Assembly: GCF_006345805.1 (NCBI RefSeq)
Contig: NC_043008.1
Coordinates: forward strand, 29,450,001 to 29,514,000
DNA from: Octopus sinensis
Lineage: Eukaryota
Reading direction: 5' to 3'
Length of the DNA: 64,000 nucleotides
In this document: positions 52,321-64,000 of the stretch, in pieces
How positions within the stretch are numbered: position 1 is the stretch's first letter
How the letters are laid out: each line of letters starts with the position of its first letter
Translations under genes and position numbers: made by a program
Notes under the pieces: model-generated
What the model was told of the DNA's origin: nothing
The model's database searches: none
What the model saw: the letters and a program-made list of their open reading frames with translations, nothing else

Positions 52321-53254
52321 TTTTAGTTCGTCTTGGTTTTAAATAGTTTACGTTACATAAAAGTTTGTTAGGCAAATAGAGCTTTGGTGAATGATAATTA
52401 AGTTGTGTCGTTATTGGTTTCATATCTTCAACAAACTAAATCATGAAATATAAACAAAGCAATACCTCATGACATTTCTCCGCCTTTCCTGCTTTCCCCC
52501 CAAACTATTCGCATGAAATACGTAAAAAATAAAATTTCACCTTTACGCCAAAAATGAATTATAGAATTAATTTAAAATTCTCAAAATCTAACATAAATTG
52601 AAACAAATATTTTCAATTGGAGCACATACTTAGATTTATACACACATTCACACATGGATACACACATGCACACAATACTCAGGCGCACACACACGCATAC
52701 ATTTACTCGCATATATATGCAAGCACTCATACATGTGTTTGTGTGTGTGTGTGTCTGTGTATGCGCGTGCGTGGAAGATCGAGGACTAATGTAGCTTAGA
52801 ATAATTTTTATTATTTTAATTCTAGTCTAATGCATATTTAGATGCAGAAATGTTTATAATGACCCACATGAGCATATATTCACATGTCCAGAACGATAAT
52901 GTTATAACACACCGATTATGAGACCGAATAGGATAAATGTCTATAAAAGCGTAGCCCACAATATTTTCCTGGCTACAACAGACATGTTAAAATAACGAGT
53001 ATTCAAATATCAAAATACATTCCAGGAAAATTATATCGCAGATGAGAATCTGCGGAGCAGCCATCCTTCATCCTACATACGATATTGGACATTATAGCAT
53101 AAGGATGTAAAATTCTCTACTAACACAGTGTCGGCATGCGTAAGTAATAAAAAAAGATGACATCTCCTTAATAACAACACAATTAGACAGATCTGTTGCT
53201 AAGCTTACTGCAAAGGTAACGTTAAAATCGCCTTCACAAGAAAGCTGGCATACA

Positions 53255-54166
53255 TAAATAAGGGCAGCAATAAGTGCCAGTTCTCATACCAACATTTAGG
53301 TTGCTTGATTGGACGCTTGATGAGATACGAACCATTGAAATGAAAACCTGAAAAATGCTAACAAGCGCACATAATTTCCGCATAAAGTGTGACGTAGAAC
53401 GCCTCTAACTAAAATGAAAACAAGGCGGCAGAGGCTTAGCATCGATCCAAAATATGTACTTGTAGAATGTCCCAGTGAATACCTCGATAAAGTGTAAGCA
53501 CAACAGACTTGATTTAATGATTTAGGATCGAGGTGAGAAACTGAATAATTGTGGAAATTAGCTGCCCAGCGTATGTTAAAGCTGAAGATCAGTGAAAAAG
53601 AAAATGCGCTGAATTGTTGAGGAATTTGCAGTTACTCTATCTAGATTACAAGTTCAGGGTTATACCTATTATTATTGGGACACCGGGATTTGTAACATGC
53701 TGTCTAATTACCAGTCTTGAGAAATTAGGCTTCTCAAAACCAGAAGGAATTATGTTAACTCGAAGTCTACAGATCCCAGCTATCACTGGAACTGTAAATA
53801 TCTGTAAAACTTTCCGGAAGTTTATCATTTACATATATATAATCTTGTCTAGATATGCAACTATATGCATGAGAATACATACATAAAGCAAAACATACAA
53901 ATAGACACATACATGTATACAAGCTAATTCGAAGTCTACAGATCCAAGCCATCACTGGAACTGTAAGTATCTGTAAATTTACATACATACACACATACAT
54001 ACACGCACACACACCTACACACATACATAAATACGTACATACATACACGCATATATACGTACATGGAAACAAAACTACTGTGTTGTTGATGTCGAAATTT
54101 CAATAATATAAGTTAGAAACCGACTCTCTCTATTGGCAATTAATCTTGGAATAAAACTGAACAATG
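53255..54166 (+). mobile_element. Second RLE-type LINE family, deleted 3' part (RT thumb fused to endonuclease and 3' UTR)
   Basis: PVLIPTF..LDWTLDEIR...DVERL..K.KQGGRGL then VEISCP...LLRNLQLLY.DYKFRVIPIIIG...ITGTVNICKTFRKFI; ends in (CATA)n. Confidence 0.8.
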
Positions 54167-55207
54167 GCATACATACATAAAGGATGTACTCATACAAATT
54201 CTCAATGCAACTGCTTATCCCAAACACGTCCATTCTTCATATATATTTGGTGTATGGAGAACTGTTATGCAGCGAATTTGCCGTAATTGAACACTAGTTG
54301 TTTTGGTACTTGACTTTACATACATAAATACCCGTTCACAATCACACACACACACAAATAAGCATTGCAAATTATTTATAGTATCAAATATTCGTTTATA
54401 TAGTGAATGTAAGAAACACTACAATGAATGTTACGTCTTAAAATTTCGTTCAAGTGTTTCAAACAGTGTACTGAATGTAGTTTAATGAATGCAATCGCTA
54501 TAACAAACAACTCTCATAAATGAATATTTTACATGTTGCACGGCAGACAATCAAGGTTATGAAGCTGTTAGGATATAATTTTTCTAAGCCAATCTGTTGC
54601 AGGGCTGAAACCAGAAATGGCACTTTTGGCAGTTTTACAGATATAGAAACATCTGAACAGCAGCCGCATTGCATTTGCCATGGGTTTTCTTTAATGTCCT
54701 AATATTTCGTATGTCTCCTTAATTAATATGCATGATCCTTTCAAGAAATAAGGGAGCAATTCCTAGATGTATACATAATTTAGAGGCATGTGTCTAGAAT
54801 CTTGAATAAATATTCTATAATAGTATGACGATATTGAAGAAACAAGCTGATTAAACACCGCAACTCACCCGGTGTGATATTATTTTCTATAATATGATTA
54901 ATGTTTCTCATCAGATAAGCAGTTTGAACCCTAATTTACATACTTATCACTACATAGAGACATCTCTTACAATACAGAATAATTATTACCATAACATAAA
55001 CATGAGTGCACTGTCATGTTTTACTACAAAATCTACGATGATTTATATCCTATTTGGATCATAAGGCTCAATACACGCGTCGTTACCTGATTATAGTATG
55101 GTTTCATCTGTGAAAAACCAATTGGTATTGGGATTCTATAAGTCGCTGGCGAAAACAGTTGTACCTCAAATTGCGACAACTTTCATAGGGAAATATTTTG
55201 GACATAA

Positions 55208-55246
<39 letters not shown>

Positions 55247-58200
55247 TATACATATATACATACATATATATATATATATATTGTGTGTGTGCCCCAGCAT
55301 GTCCACAGCCTCAAAAGAATGAAAGAATATATACACACGCGCGTGCGCACACGCACACACACACACGCACACATATAAAGTATTTGAAACATCGTATATG
55401 GATAATAATATTTGGTCAATCCCAACAATGTCAGTACTTCCGATACGCTTCGGTCATCAGATTCAAACAAAGGGTGCCATTTTAACTCATCAGCATGAGC
55501 CTCAGACTTTGCGAATTGATAAACATGATTAAATCAATTATGGTATTATTCTTTATTCATATTGTTCTCATTCAAAATGATTTTAAAGTTACCAGTATAT
55601 TCCTTTCCCATTATTCTTCTGTTAATTTAATTTGAGTTGCAAAATTTATAAAATGGAAATAAAACATTTCTTATCAGTGAACAACTCAGAGCGTTACACA
55701 CACACACACACATACACACACACACACACACATACACACACATGCATGTATGTATGTATGTACGTATGCGTATACGCATTTTTGTATGCATTCATAGGTG
55801 CTGCCTTTCAAATTGAAAGGAAAAACGCCAATATTTGAAGTTCGCAGGGCTGCGCGCTGTGATCAAACCCGATTTAGGTGATTGCTGTGATTTTTTTATC
55901 TAATGGAGGCATACTCTCCCTCTAGTTGATTCTTATTGCATGGGATGTTCGCTGATATTAGTGTTCTTTATTTTCTTTACATTTTACTAAATCAATAATA
56001 CCCTCTTGGGATACACTTAAACTTTGAAATAAATTAGGAAACAGTTGTTTCTGTTTCATATTATTTTTATTCCTTCCGTATGAAATTTAGTATGTTTCGA
56101 AATTCTAGAGTTTATTCTGATTGCAAATCCTGCTTTGCTTCTGCCTTTCTTACAATCTTTATATGTCGTTTTCTATATTTGCTATGTTTTTTTTTTGCCT
56201 TGATTGTCTGATTTTCTTCATTGTTGGGTTGGGTCTGTTCGGTATATTTAACGTTTGATATTTTCCCGATCTTTCACGATTTGATGTGGAGTAAGAAATT
56301 GTAACATGCCATTATCTATGATTTTATTGGCTCTCATTTCTACACAACAGGATGTGTCAAGAGTAAGATACCACGATCTGAAGAGATTTAGTATGCATTA
56401 TATTTCTTGTGTAATTTAGAGAAAATCGATAGTATTTGATTGAAATGAATCAGTAACATATAAATCCAAATAAGAGGAAGTCCTTTATTTCGTCAACAAA
56501 TAAAAGAAAATGTGTCTGAAAAATCACATAACTTAAAGCCCTCATTGGCATAATACAAGATTTAAGTTTAGAAAGTAACGACCGAGGATATTAGATGCCT
56601 GTTCACAATATAATTGCATAGATGGTTTTTGAATGACACCAGTTAAAAGACGGATCAGCCAGAAAATTAAGATTATAGAAGCAACTGGGTATAATTGTAT
56701 GCAAGCGCTGTAGATTGACTTGTGTCAGATGGAAATAATAAGAAAGGTGTTGTCTGGAATCGTCTAAAGACTTTGAAATTCCTTACATTAAAGGACTTAC
56801 AAAACACTTGGGACCTGGCATCTTCTAACACGATGTGGATTGCTTGTAAAAGAACTTAATAATATACCACATAGTCGTAATGGCAGAAAGAGGTATAGTC
56901 ACTTATATTTCATGGACCCAGAGAGGTATGTCAAACACGGATTAGAAAACTTAACATAGTATAAGTTTGCATTTAATGTGCAATTGGTTGTCTAAAATGT
57001 GCTTCCATCTATATTTAAGAAAGTATTCGTCTGTGGCTTGCTGATGCGTATTTGTGTGCATTAATTGAGGCGTGCATATGCATTTGCTTTCATAAGTTGC
57101 TGTATCTCTTAATACACGTATGCAAAACATCAATATATCTCTAGAGAAAGAAATACTTTCGTATAAGAAAACATGTTTCTAATCGACCAAAGTTTATAAC
57201 ATTAAGGAATATTCAGAGATTATTCTACACATTACCGTCAATCGATTGTGCTCTACATTTTAATGAATATCTTGTTTATTTTTTCGTTCGTATATTTCTC
57301 GGTATATTTTTAGTTTTGTCATTTTTCTATTCACCAATAAGTCGAATCAATGAGAAAGAAAAATGCCATTATCTTTGTGAATCTCAATAAACATTATGTG
57401 CCATTTTAAAGTAGGAAACCTACGATGTGAATAGATGATTGAGAAATCGTGGTTAGTTCATCTTTCAAATTCCATATCCCTATAACCGTAGATCAGGCAT
57501 CCCATACAATTTATAAGACAGTATTTAATTTGCACTTTTGATTCCAGAATTATATATAGAGTTCTGCTGTAACTTAAAAAAAAAGATTCATCTAGTTATA
57601 CAAAATTGTGATCTGCTATAATCACTAGAATATATGAGTACTTACTCGATGGTCTGAATTTATTGGCTAGTGGTTATAAATTTCACTTCTACATAGCTAT
57701 AACGATTACTACTGCATTGTTCCGACACACTATTGATTTTTTCTACCAACTGTACTAATATCATCTAACAGCGTTTTGGTGTTTCTCAGTATTTCTGACA
57801 GAGCAAGTGTCTAGTGAATTCCAGAAGATTTATGCTTACTACTATTAGTTGTTTCCTTGTGGTACTAGCACTGCTTTCTATCATATAATAGTGAGGGCAT
57901 GAAGGAGAACTGTGTAGTTTTTAGATTCTCTCCACTAATAATATATACTAAATCAAGCGGGATATTTAACCAAGAGATCCGTATCATGTGTTGTTATGGT
58001 TTACCCTCAGGTTTATATTCATTAACTAATATTTATGAATCGTGATCCCTTTGAAACCATCATAACATTTGAAGTACTTTGTGTAATTATGAATATTATT
58101 GCATTATGATATTATGACGTATTTCAACAATATAGAATGATATAACAAATTCCCAGTGCAATAGTGTTCCGTTAGCCGTGGTATATCAAATAGTTTTATG

Positions 58201-59673
58201 CAGCTATATCCTTATGTAATACTTATTAAAAACAGATTTTTCACAAATTCTCTTTAGTGAAAATGTAAATATATGTCAGTGGCGTCCATTATATTTTTTT
58301 CCGCTTATCTCCAGAAGGAAAATATATTCCTACATACTTTTAAGTTTAAAGTTGTTGAGATCCTGCTTGTATATTATACGTTATACATGAGTGGGGTTAA
58401 TTATCCTGGATTAGTACATGCTGCAAATGTCCATGAAAAATGTGAGTCCATAAAATCGAATATCCATCAAGAAATATACATAGAGATGAATATCATACCA
58501 CCAATTGACAGGATTTAAAACGATCACTCAATTTAGAGACTGGGGTGACGGGAAAAAAATATAAACAGACAATCAAAGAAAAGGTTTGAAGCTAAAAAAA
58601 ACATACAGATATGTATTTATATATTATTATTTCTCTTAGTTTACTCATTATTGTAGCTTTGGTAAGAAAGGAATTGTTATATACGAATAGAGCTCATACA
58701 CATTCCATTGTGTATGATTTGTTAACCATCGTAGAAAAACTTCTAGGAGTATGGTAAAAACATATTGATATATTCGAAATTATTAATACATCTAAAAATA
58801 GTAATATATATATATATATATATATATATACATTTTCATTCTCAGAGGAAACGGAAATGCAGTGGGTGTCTCTTGACTTTTGCCAGAAAAGAGAAATGAC
58901 ACGGAATGCCACAAGTGCCTATCATAGCAGTTTAGTATAATTTTATGTGATTTAAGTAAAGGGAGATTAGTGTTCAGGAGAGGGTGTCTTCTAAATGATC
59001 AACCACCACACATTATTGCATCGATTCCGAAACGATGAAAGTAAAATTTGATATCAGTATTTGGTTTTGAACTAGGCCACTACGAATAGCAATGATCATT
59101 TTATCGGACGTTCAATGGATTCTGTCAGTTCGCTGCATTGTCAGGGACAGACACGTTAAGAACTTATAGATACCATGAGTAAATGTATTGCATTATGATA
59201 AGTAAAATAATATCCTAGCACAATAAGTAATGCGCTGTATTTGTACAGTATATTGGTAGTCACTCATTAGTACCACAAATGAGGCAATCTCAAAGCCATC
59301 ACGCTACTTGCTAGAATCAGCGAACAAATTCATTTACATTAAAAGTTGCTCCACTGGGAATTATTAGGTGTTCAAATTTTTGAAAAGTGTTGCTTTCGTA
59401 AACCATGATGTAGAACATTTGTAGGCATAATAAAAACACAATTTTAAAGTGTTTCATGGCTTTTAAAATATTATGAGATACTTAACACTAAAAAATGTGT
59501 AAAAGCATAGTTAAACAATGCAGAGTGACTGTTTTTGTTCGTAAATGTGAAAATTGTGAAAATGTCAACAAATATTGGAGTAAATGCTGTAAATAAAGTG
59601 AAAACGGATAATTGGTTGATATATCCGTGTTACAAACATCATGAAATGCAATACATGCATACATATATATATA

Positions 59674-59721
<48 letters not shown>

Positions 59722-61468
59722 TTATATATATATATATATAAGTATGTGTGTATGTATGTGTGTGTGTGTGTGTTTGACGATGAATAAAGTTTTAGGTATA
59801 ATTTTACATAGATAATTCTAATTATAGAAGATGCTATAGGTTGAATGAAATAATTCGATAGCAATTTATATTATCAAAGCCTACTTGTAGCGTGAACTAC
59901 TGTGTAGTTTGTAAAGAGTCTAATCCTGGTTTAGTACAATAAATACTTTTAATAATCAAGTTGCCTAAGATATACAAATTTGCAAGTAACAATAGACTCG
60001 ATTATAAACTAAATGATGAGCATAATTTCTACTGATATCCAAAACTTCACATTCTAAGACTGTCATGGTTTTCTCAGATATCTTAATGGTGTTAATGAAT
60101 AATCAAAACTTCACCTAAGAAATTTAAAACGGCTACCGCGCTTGGTTCACGGACATTTTCATATAGATGTGACACTTGAAATTTTTCAAGGCAACTTGCC
60201 AATTGAGTTTCCATGCCAAAGTATAGCTGGGTAAATTGCCAACAGTATAGTAACGATAATTATTTCTAAATCATATTTATTCAGACGTCAGAGCGAACTC
60301 CATGTGAAGTCAGATGAAACTGGATATTATAAAGTGTTTAATCCAGCACGCTAACAAAATTGCATTCTTAGAAGAAATCTAATCCATGAGAAATACAACA
60401 AAAGAAATATTCATTAAATATAATAGTTCTCTCTGTGCCTCATACTATCTCTCTCTTTTTTCTCTGTCTCTAGCTTCCTCGCTGTATGTGTGTGTGTGTT
60501 TTTGTATGTACCTTGGCCCACTGGGAGTGAGAGGACTCTTTGTTGTCGCAATATCTCTCTAGGAGAGGGAAACTCTAATAGAAAACTTGCGATACTGAGA
60601 ATATTCGATGATGTAGACTAGTTCTTCCTTTTGAGTTTATGTTGTGCAGGTTCAGAGAGTGGAACTGGATTAGCGCAAATCCTTCCTGACTATGAAAAAT
60701 TATCATGCACAGGCATCACTTGAAAAAGATCACAAAAAATGGCTGGTCGTAGAATTTCACATGTGTGGGATTTACGGTCTGGCGATGGCAATACTCGAAC
60801 TCAAGTCTGCAGCCATCATGCATGTATCTATGCGGTATGTATCTATGCAGTATGTATATATGTATGTATTATGTATGTATGTATGCATGTATGTAAGTAA
60901 ATATGCATGTATATATGTATGTATGTATGCATGTATGTAAGTAAGTATGCATGTATATGTGTACGTATGTATGTATGTAAGTAAGTATGCATGTATATAT
61001 GTATGTATTTATGTATTCATGTATATGTCGATGTACGTATTAGCATCACCCTATGTACTACGTACTAAATCTCCCGAAATCGAAACCCTAGCATTTTAAG
61101 ATAGCCTGAAGAGACAATTATTCTTTAACGCCTTGAAGATCGTCAATCTTATGTAACTTATTTTATCGTAGGGATTTGGAAAAAGAAATCAAATATATAC
61201 TGAAACAAACCAAATGCAGATTGTCGTGGTTTCCGCCGACTAGGAAGAAAACATAATAGTCTACCATCTTCAGAAAGAAATGGTAATTTTGATCATATAA
61301 CACGAAATGAATTATATTTGAAATTTAAAGATGTACTTAGCACAATTCTGAAATCAAGAGACTCTGCAAATTATATATTTTCCCAGTATACTAGAAGGTC
61401 AAGATCGTTTTCGATAATAAGTCCAGGTTTTGCGTCAGTGTTTCTTTACTAACCTACCCCTTCTCTCT

Positions 61469-61510
<42 letters not shown>

Positions 61511-61513
<3 letters not shown>

Positions 61514-62047
61514 CTCTTTCCCGCTATTTGACAAATGCACCACAAATTAAAAATTTCAACCTTGCCACTTGTGCCTGGTTCGTTTGGCAGAAGAATTGTT
61601 TTACGGGTAAACTCAAACATGTTAATTTCACACATGAGAGACAGAATGACATTTGGTGGAACAACTTTTGTCATACACATGCTATACCAAGCTACTTACC
61701 ACAAAATGACAGCAAAAACAACTATGATCACAAACTTTCAAAATCAATACTTTGATAGATGCTACAGCTGATTTATTTTGTTATAAAATAGAAACACAGT
61801 ATAATTTATAACTATATAATTTGCATAGTCATTATAAAAATTGATAACATTTTTTGAAGAAAGATTATAGTATAGTGTTTCTTCAAAACAGATTGACAAT
61901 CACACTGACAATTAAATACAAAGAGTGTATTCTGCTTCTAAATGCTCTAGTTGGTTGAACAATGTATATATAAAAATCTATAACAGATATATGGTAGAAC
62001 AGCACTAATTATCCTTTAAATATTTATATAATAGTATTTATGTTGCA

Positions 62048-62120
<73 letters not shown>

Positions 62121-62130
62121 CTCTCTCTAT

Positions 62131-62176
<46 letters not shown>

Positions 62177-62713
62177 ATTCTCTTTCCCGCTATTTGACAA
62201 ATGCACCACAAATTAAAAATTTCAACCTTGCCACTTGTGCCTGGTTCGTTTGGCAGAAGAATTGTTTTACGGGTAAACTCAAACATGTTAATTTCACACA
62301 TGAGAGACAGAATGACATTTGGTGGAACAACTTTTGTCATACACATGCTATACCAAGCTACTTACCACAAAATGACAGCAAAAACAACTATGGTCACAAA
62401 CTTTCAAAATCAATACTTTGATAGATGCTACAGCTGATTTATTTTGTTATAAAATAGAAACACAGTATAATTTATGACTATATAATTTGCATAGTCATTA
62501 TAAAAATTGATAACATTTTTTGAAGAAAGATTATAGTATAGTGTTTCTTCAAAACAGATTGACAATCACACTGACAATTAAATACAAAGAGTGTATTCTG
62601 CTTCTAAATGCTCTAGTTGGTTGAACAATGTATATATAAAAATCTATAACAGATATATGGTAGAACAGCACTAATTATCCTTTAAATATTTATATAATAG
62701 TATTTATGTTGCA

Positions 62714-62716
<3 letters not shown>
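61511..62716. repeat. Near-identical tandem duplication, period 666 bp
   Basis: 61511-62050 and 62177-62716 differ at 2 of 540 positions seen; each is preceded by (TC)n and followed by (TCTA)n(TC)n. Confidence 0.93.
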
Positions 62717-62778
<62 letters not shown>

Positions 62779-62781
62779 CTC

Positions 62782-62850
<69 letters not shown>

Positions 62851-63271
62851 CATATGTAATCAAATGCGGAAGGTTTTGTATGTTATGGGGAGAAATCTTC
62901 TATGGGAGGCTCACAGTATATCAATGCCTGTAAAAGAGCATATCATAATAACTTATTCTCCGATTTGAAGCGACAATTTATGAATACAAACAAATCTTTT
63001 CACGTTTGATTGCAAATATTATAGGTAGTATTGGATAGTTTAAGTATATATTAACCAAATTTGGCTGAAATTGATGAGTGAGCGTTTGGCCAATAGAGTG
63101 CATAAGGAGCCGTGTTAGCGTTGATTCGCGCCTTCGAATCTGGCTGGTGTACCTTATTTTTAGTGATTTGTTTGCATTTATAAATTGTCGCTTCAAATCG
63201 GGGAATAAATGTTTATTATATGTTATTTTACAGACACGCAAACACACACATAGACATATATTCACTATATA

Positions 63272-63344
<73 letters not shown>

Positions 63345-63956
63345 CGTATGTATTTGTGTACGTTTCTGTTTCCGTGTGTGTGTGTTTGTTGACGTGTAGG
63401 CGTTTCTAGAGATCTTTGATCTAATAAAGAATCTATTTTCTACGATCAGGCTAAATATCATTACTAAATCACCATACATTTCCTTGCATTTTCGCTCAGT
63501 TCCTAACACCACGTAAAATCAAAAACATTTTAAATAACTAGAACAATGTCACCAACAAAAATAGACTCGCATTAGAACTGAGACATTTTAAAGAAGCAGT
63601 TACATATACCGCGAAGCATAGTATATTGCTTTTGTATGTAAATAATTCGTAAACACATATAACATTGGAAGAATAAATATGTAAAGGGGAAAATTTCCCA
63701 TATGAATGGGATACCAGAGGTCAAACTAAGAAGTAAAAAAGTCGGCAAAAGTTCGATCACACTTATCCCCAACAACCTATCCAAGTACTCCAATTCCATT
63801 TCCAATTATGCTTATTCCGAATATATACGGCACTCGGACCATACCTGAAACTGTCACCCGCTTTTCGACAAATTTGATGGAATGCATCATTTCCTATTTC
63901 CCAATCAGATTCCTATCTATTAAAGGTACAAGGTCAGCAATTCTGAAGGAGACTTA

Positions 63957-64000
63957 GAAGAAGAAGAAGAAGAAGAAGAGAAGAAGAAGAAGAAGAAGAA
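63957..64000. repeat. (GAA)n microsatellite
   Basis: Direct reading at the window end. Confidence 0.9.

Noticed and set aside
55430-55495. Two minus-strand CTGATGA motifs as hammerheads
   Set aside because: No stem II followed by GAAA in register (GAAGC or GAAG instead).
61690-61745. Minus-strand signal-peptide-like FVIIVVFAVIL before a GTAAGT donor
   Set aside because: An in-frame TGA lies immediately upstream and there is no ATG.
63570-63950. Coding-looking segment, possibly a retroelement fragment
   Set aside because: No diagnostic motif I can name; needs a repeat-library search.

Overview
AT-rich, microsatellite-dense animal genomic DNA, intronic or intergenic. The repeat families look like those of an octopus (inferred from recalled SINE and LINE sequences, not from a search). 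No complete host protein-coding gene, rRNA, true tRNA or CRISPR array is supported. Most ORFs in the track are microsatellite artefacts. Recognisable content is a transposon graveyard: tRNA-derived SINEs of at least three families, R4/Dong-type RLE LINE fragments sitting in (AAT)n or (CATA)n tracts, CR1 and RTE LINE fragments, two mariner relics, a miniature Tc1/mariner derivative, an internally deleted Ty3/Gypsy element with 160-bp LTRs, and several Penelope-like element (PLE) relics. The strongest signals are a set of type I hammerhead ribozyme motifs of different designs attached to PLE termini (38.2, 50.3 and 51.2 kb; a CCGAUGA-core variant at 35.6 kb; degenerate ones at 20.1 and 52.3 kb), a doubly inverted PLE at 50.2-51.3 kb, and a nested 2.4-kb foldback at 34.2-36.6 kb. 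All coordinates and identities were read by eye and may be off by a few bases.
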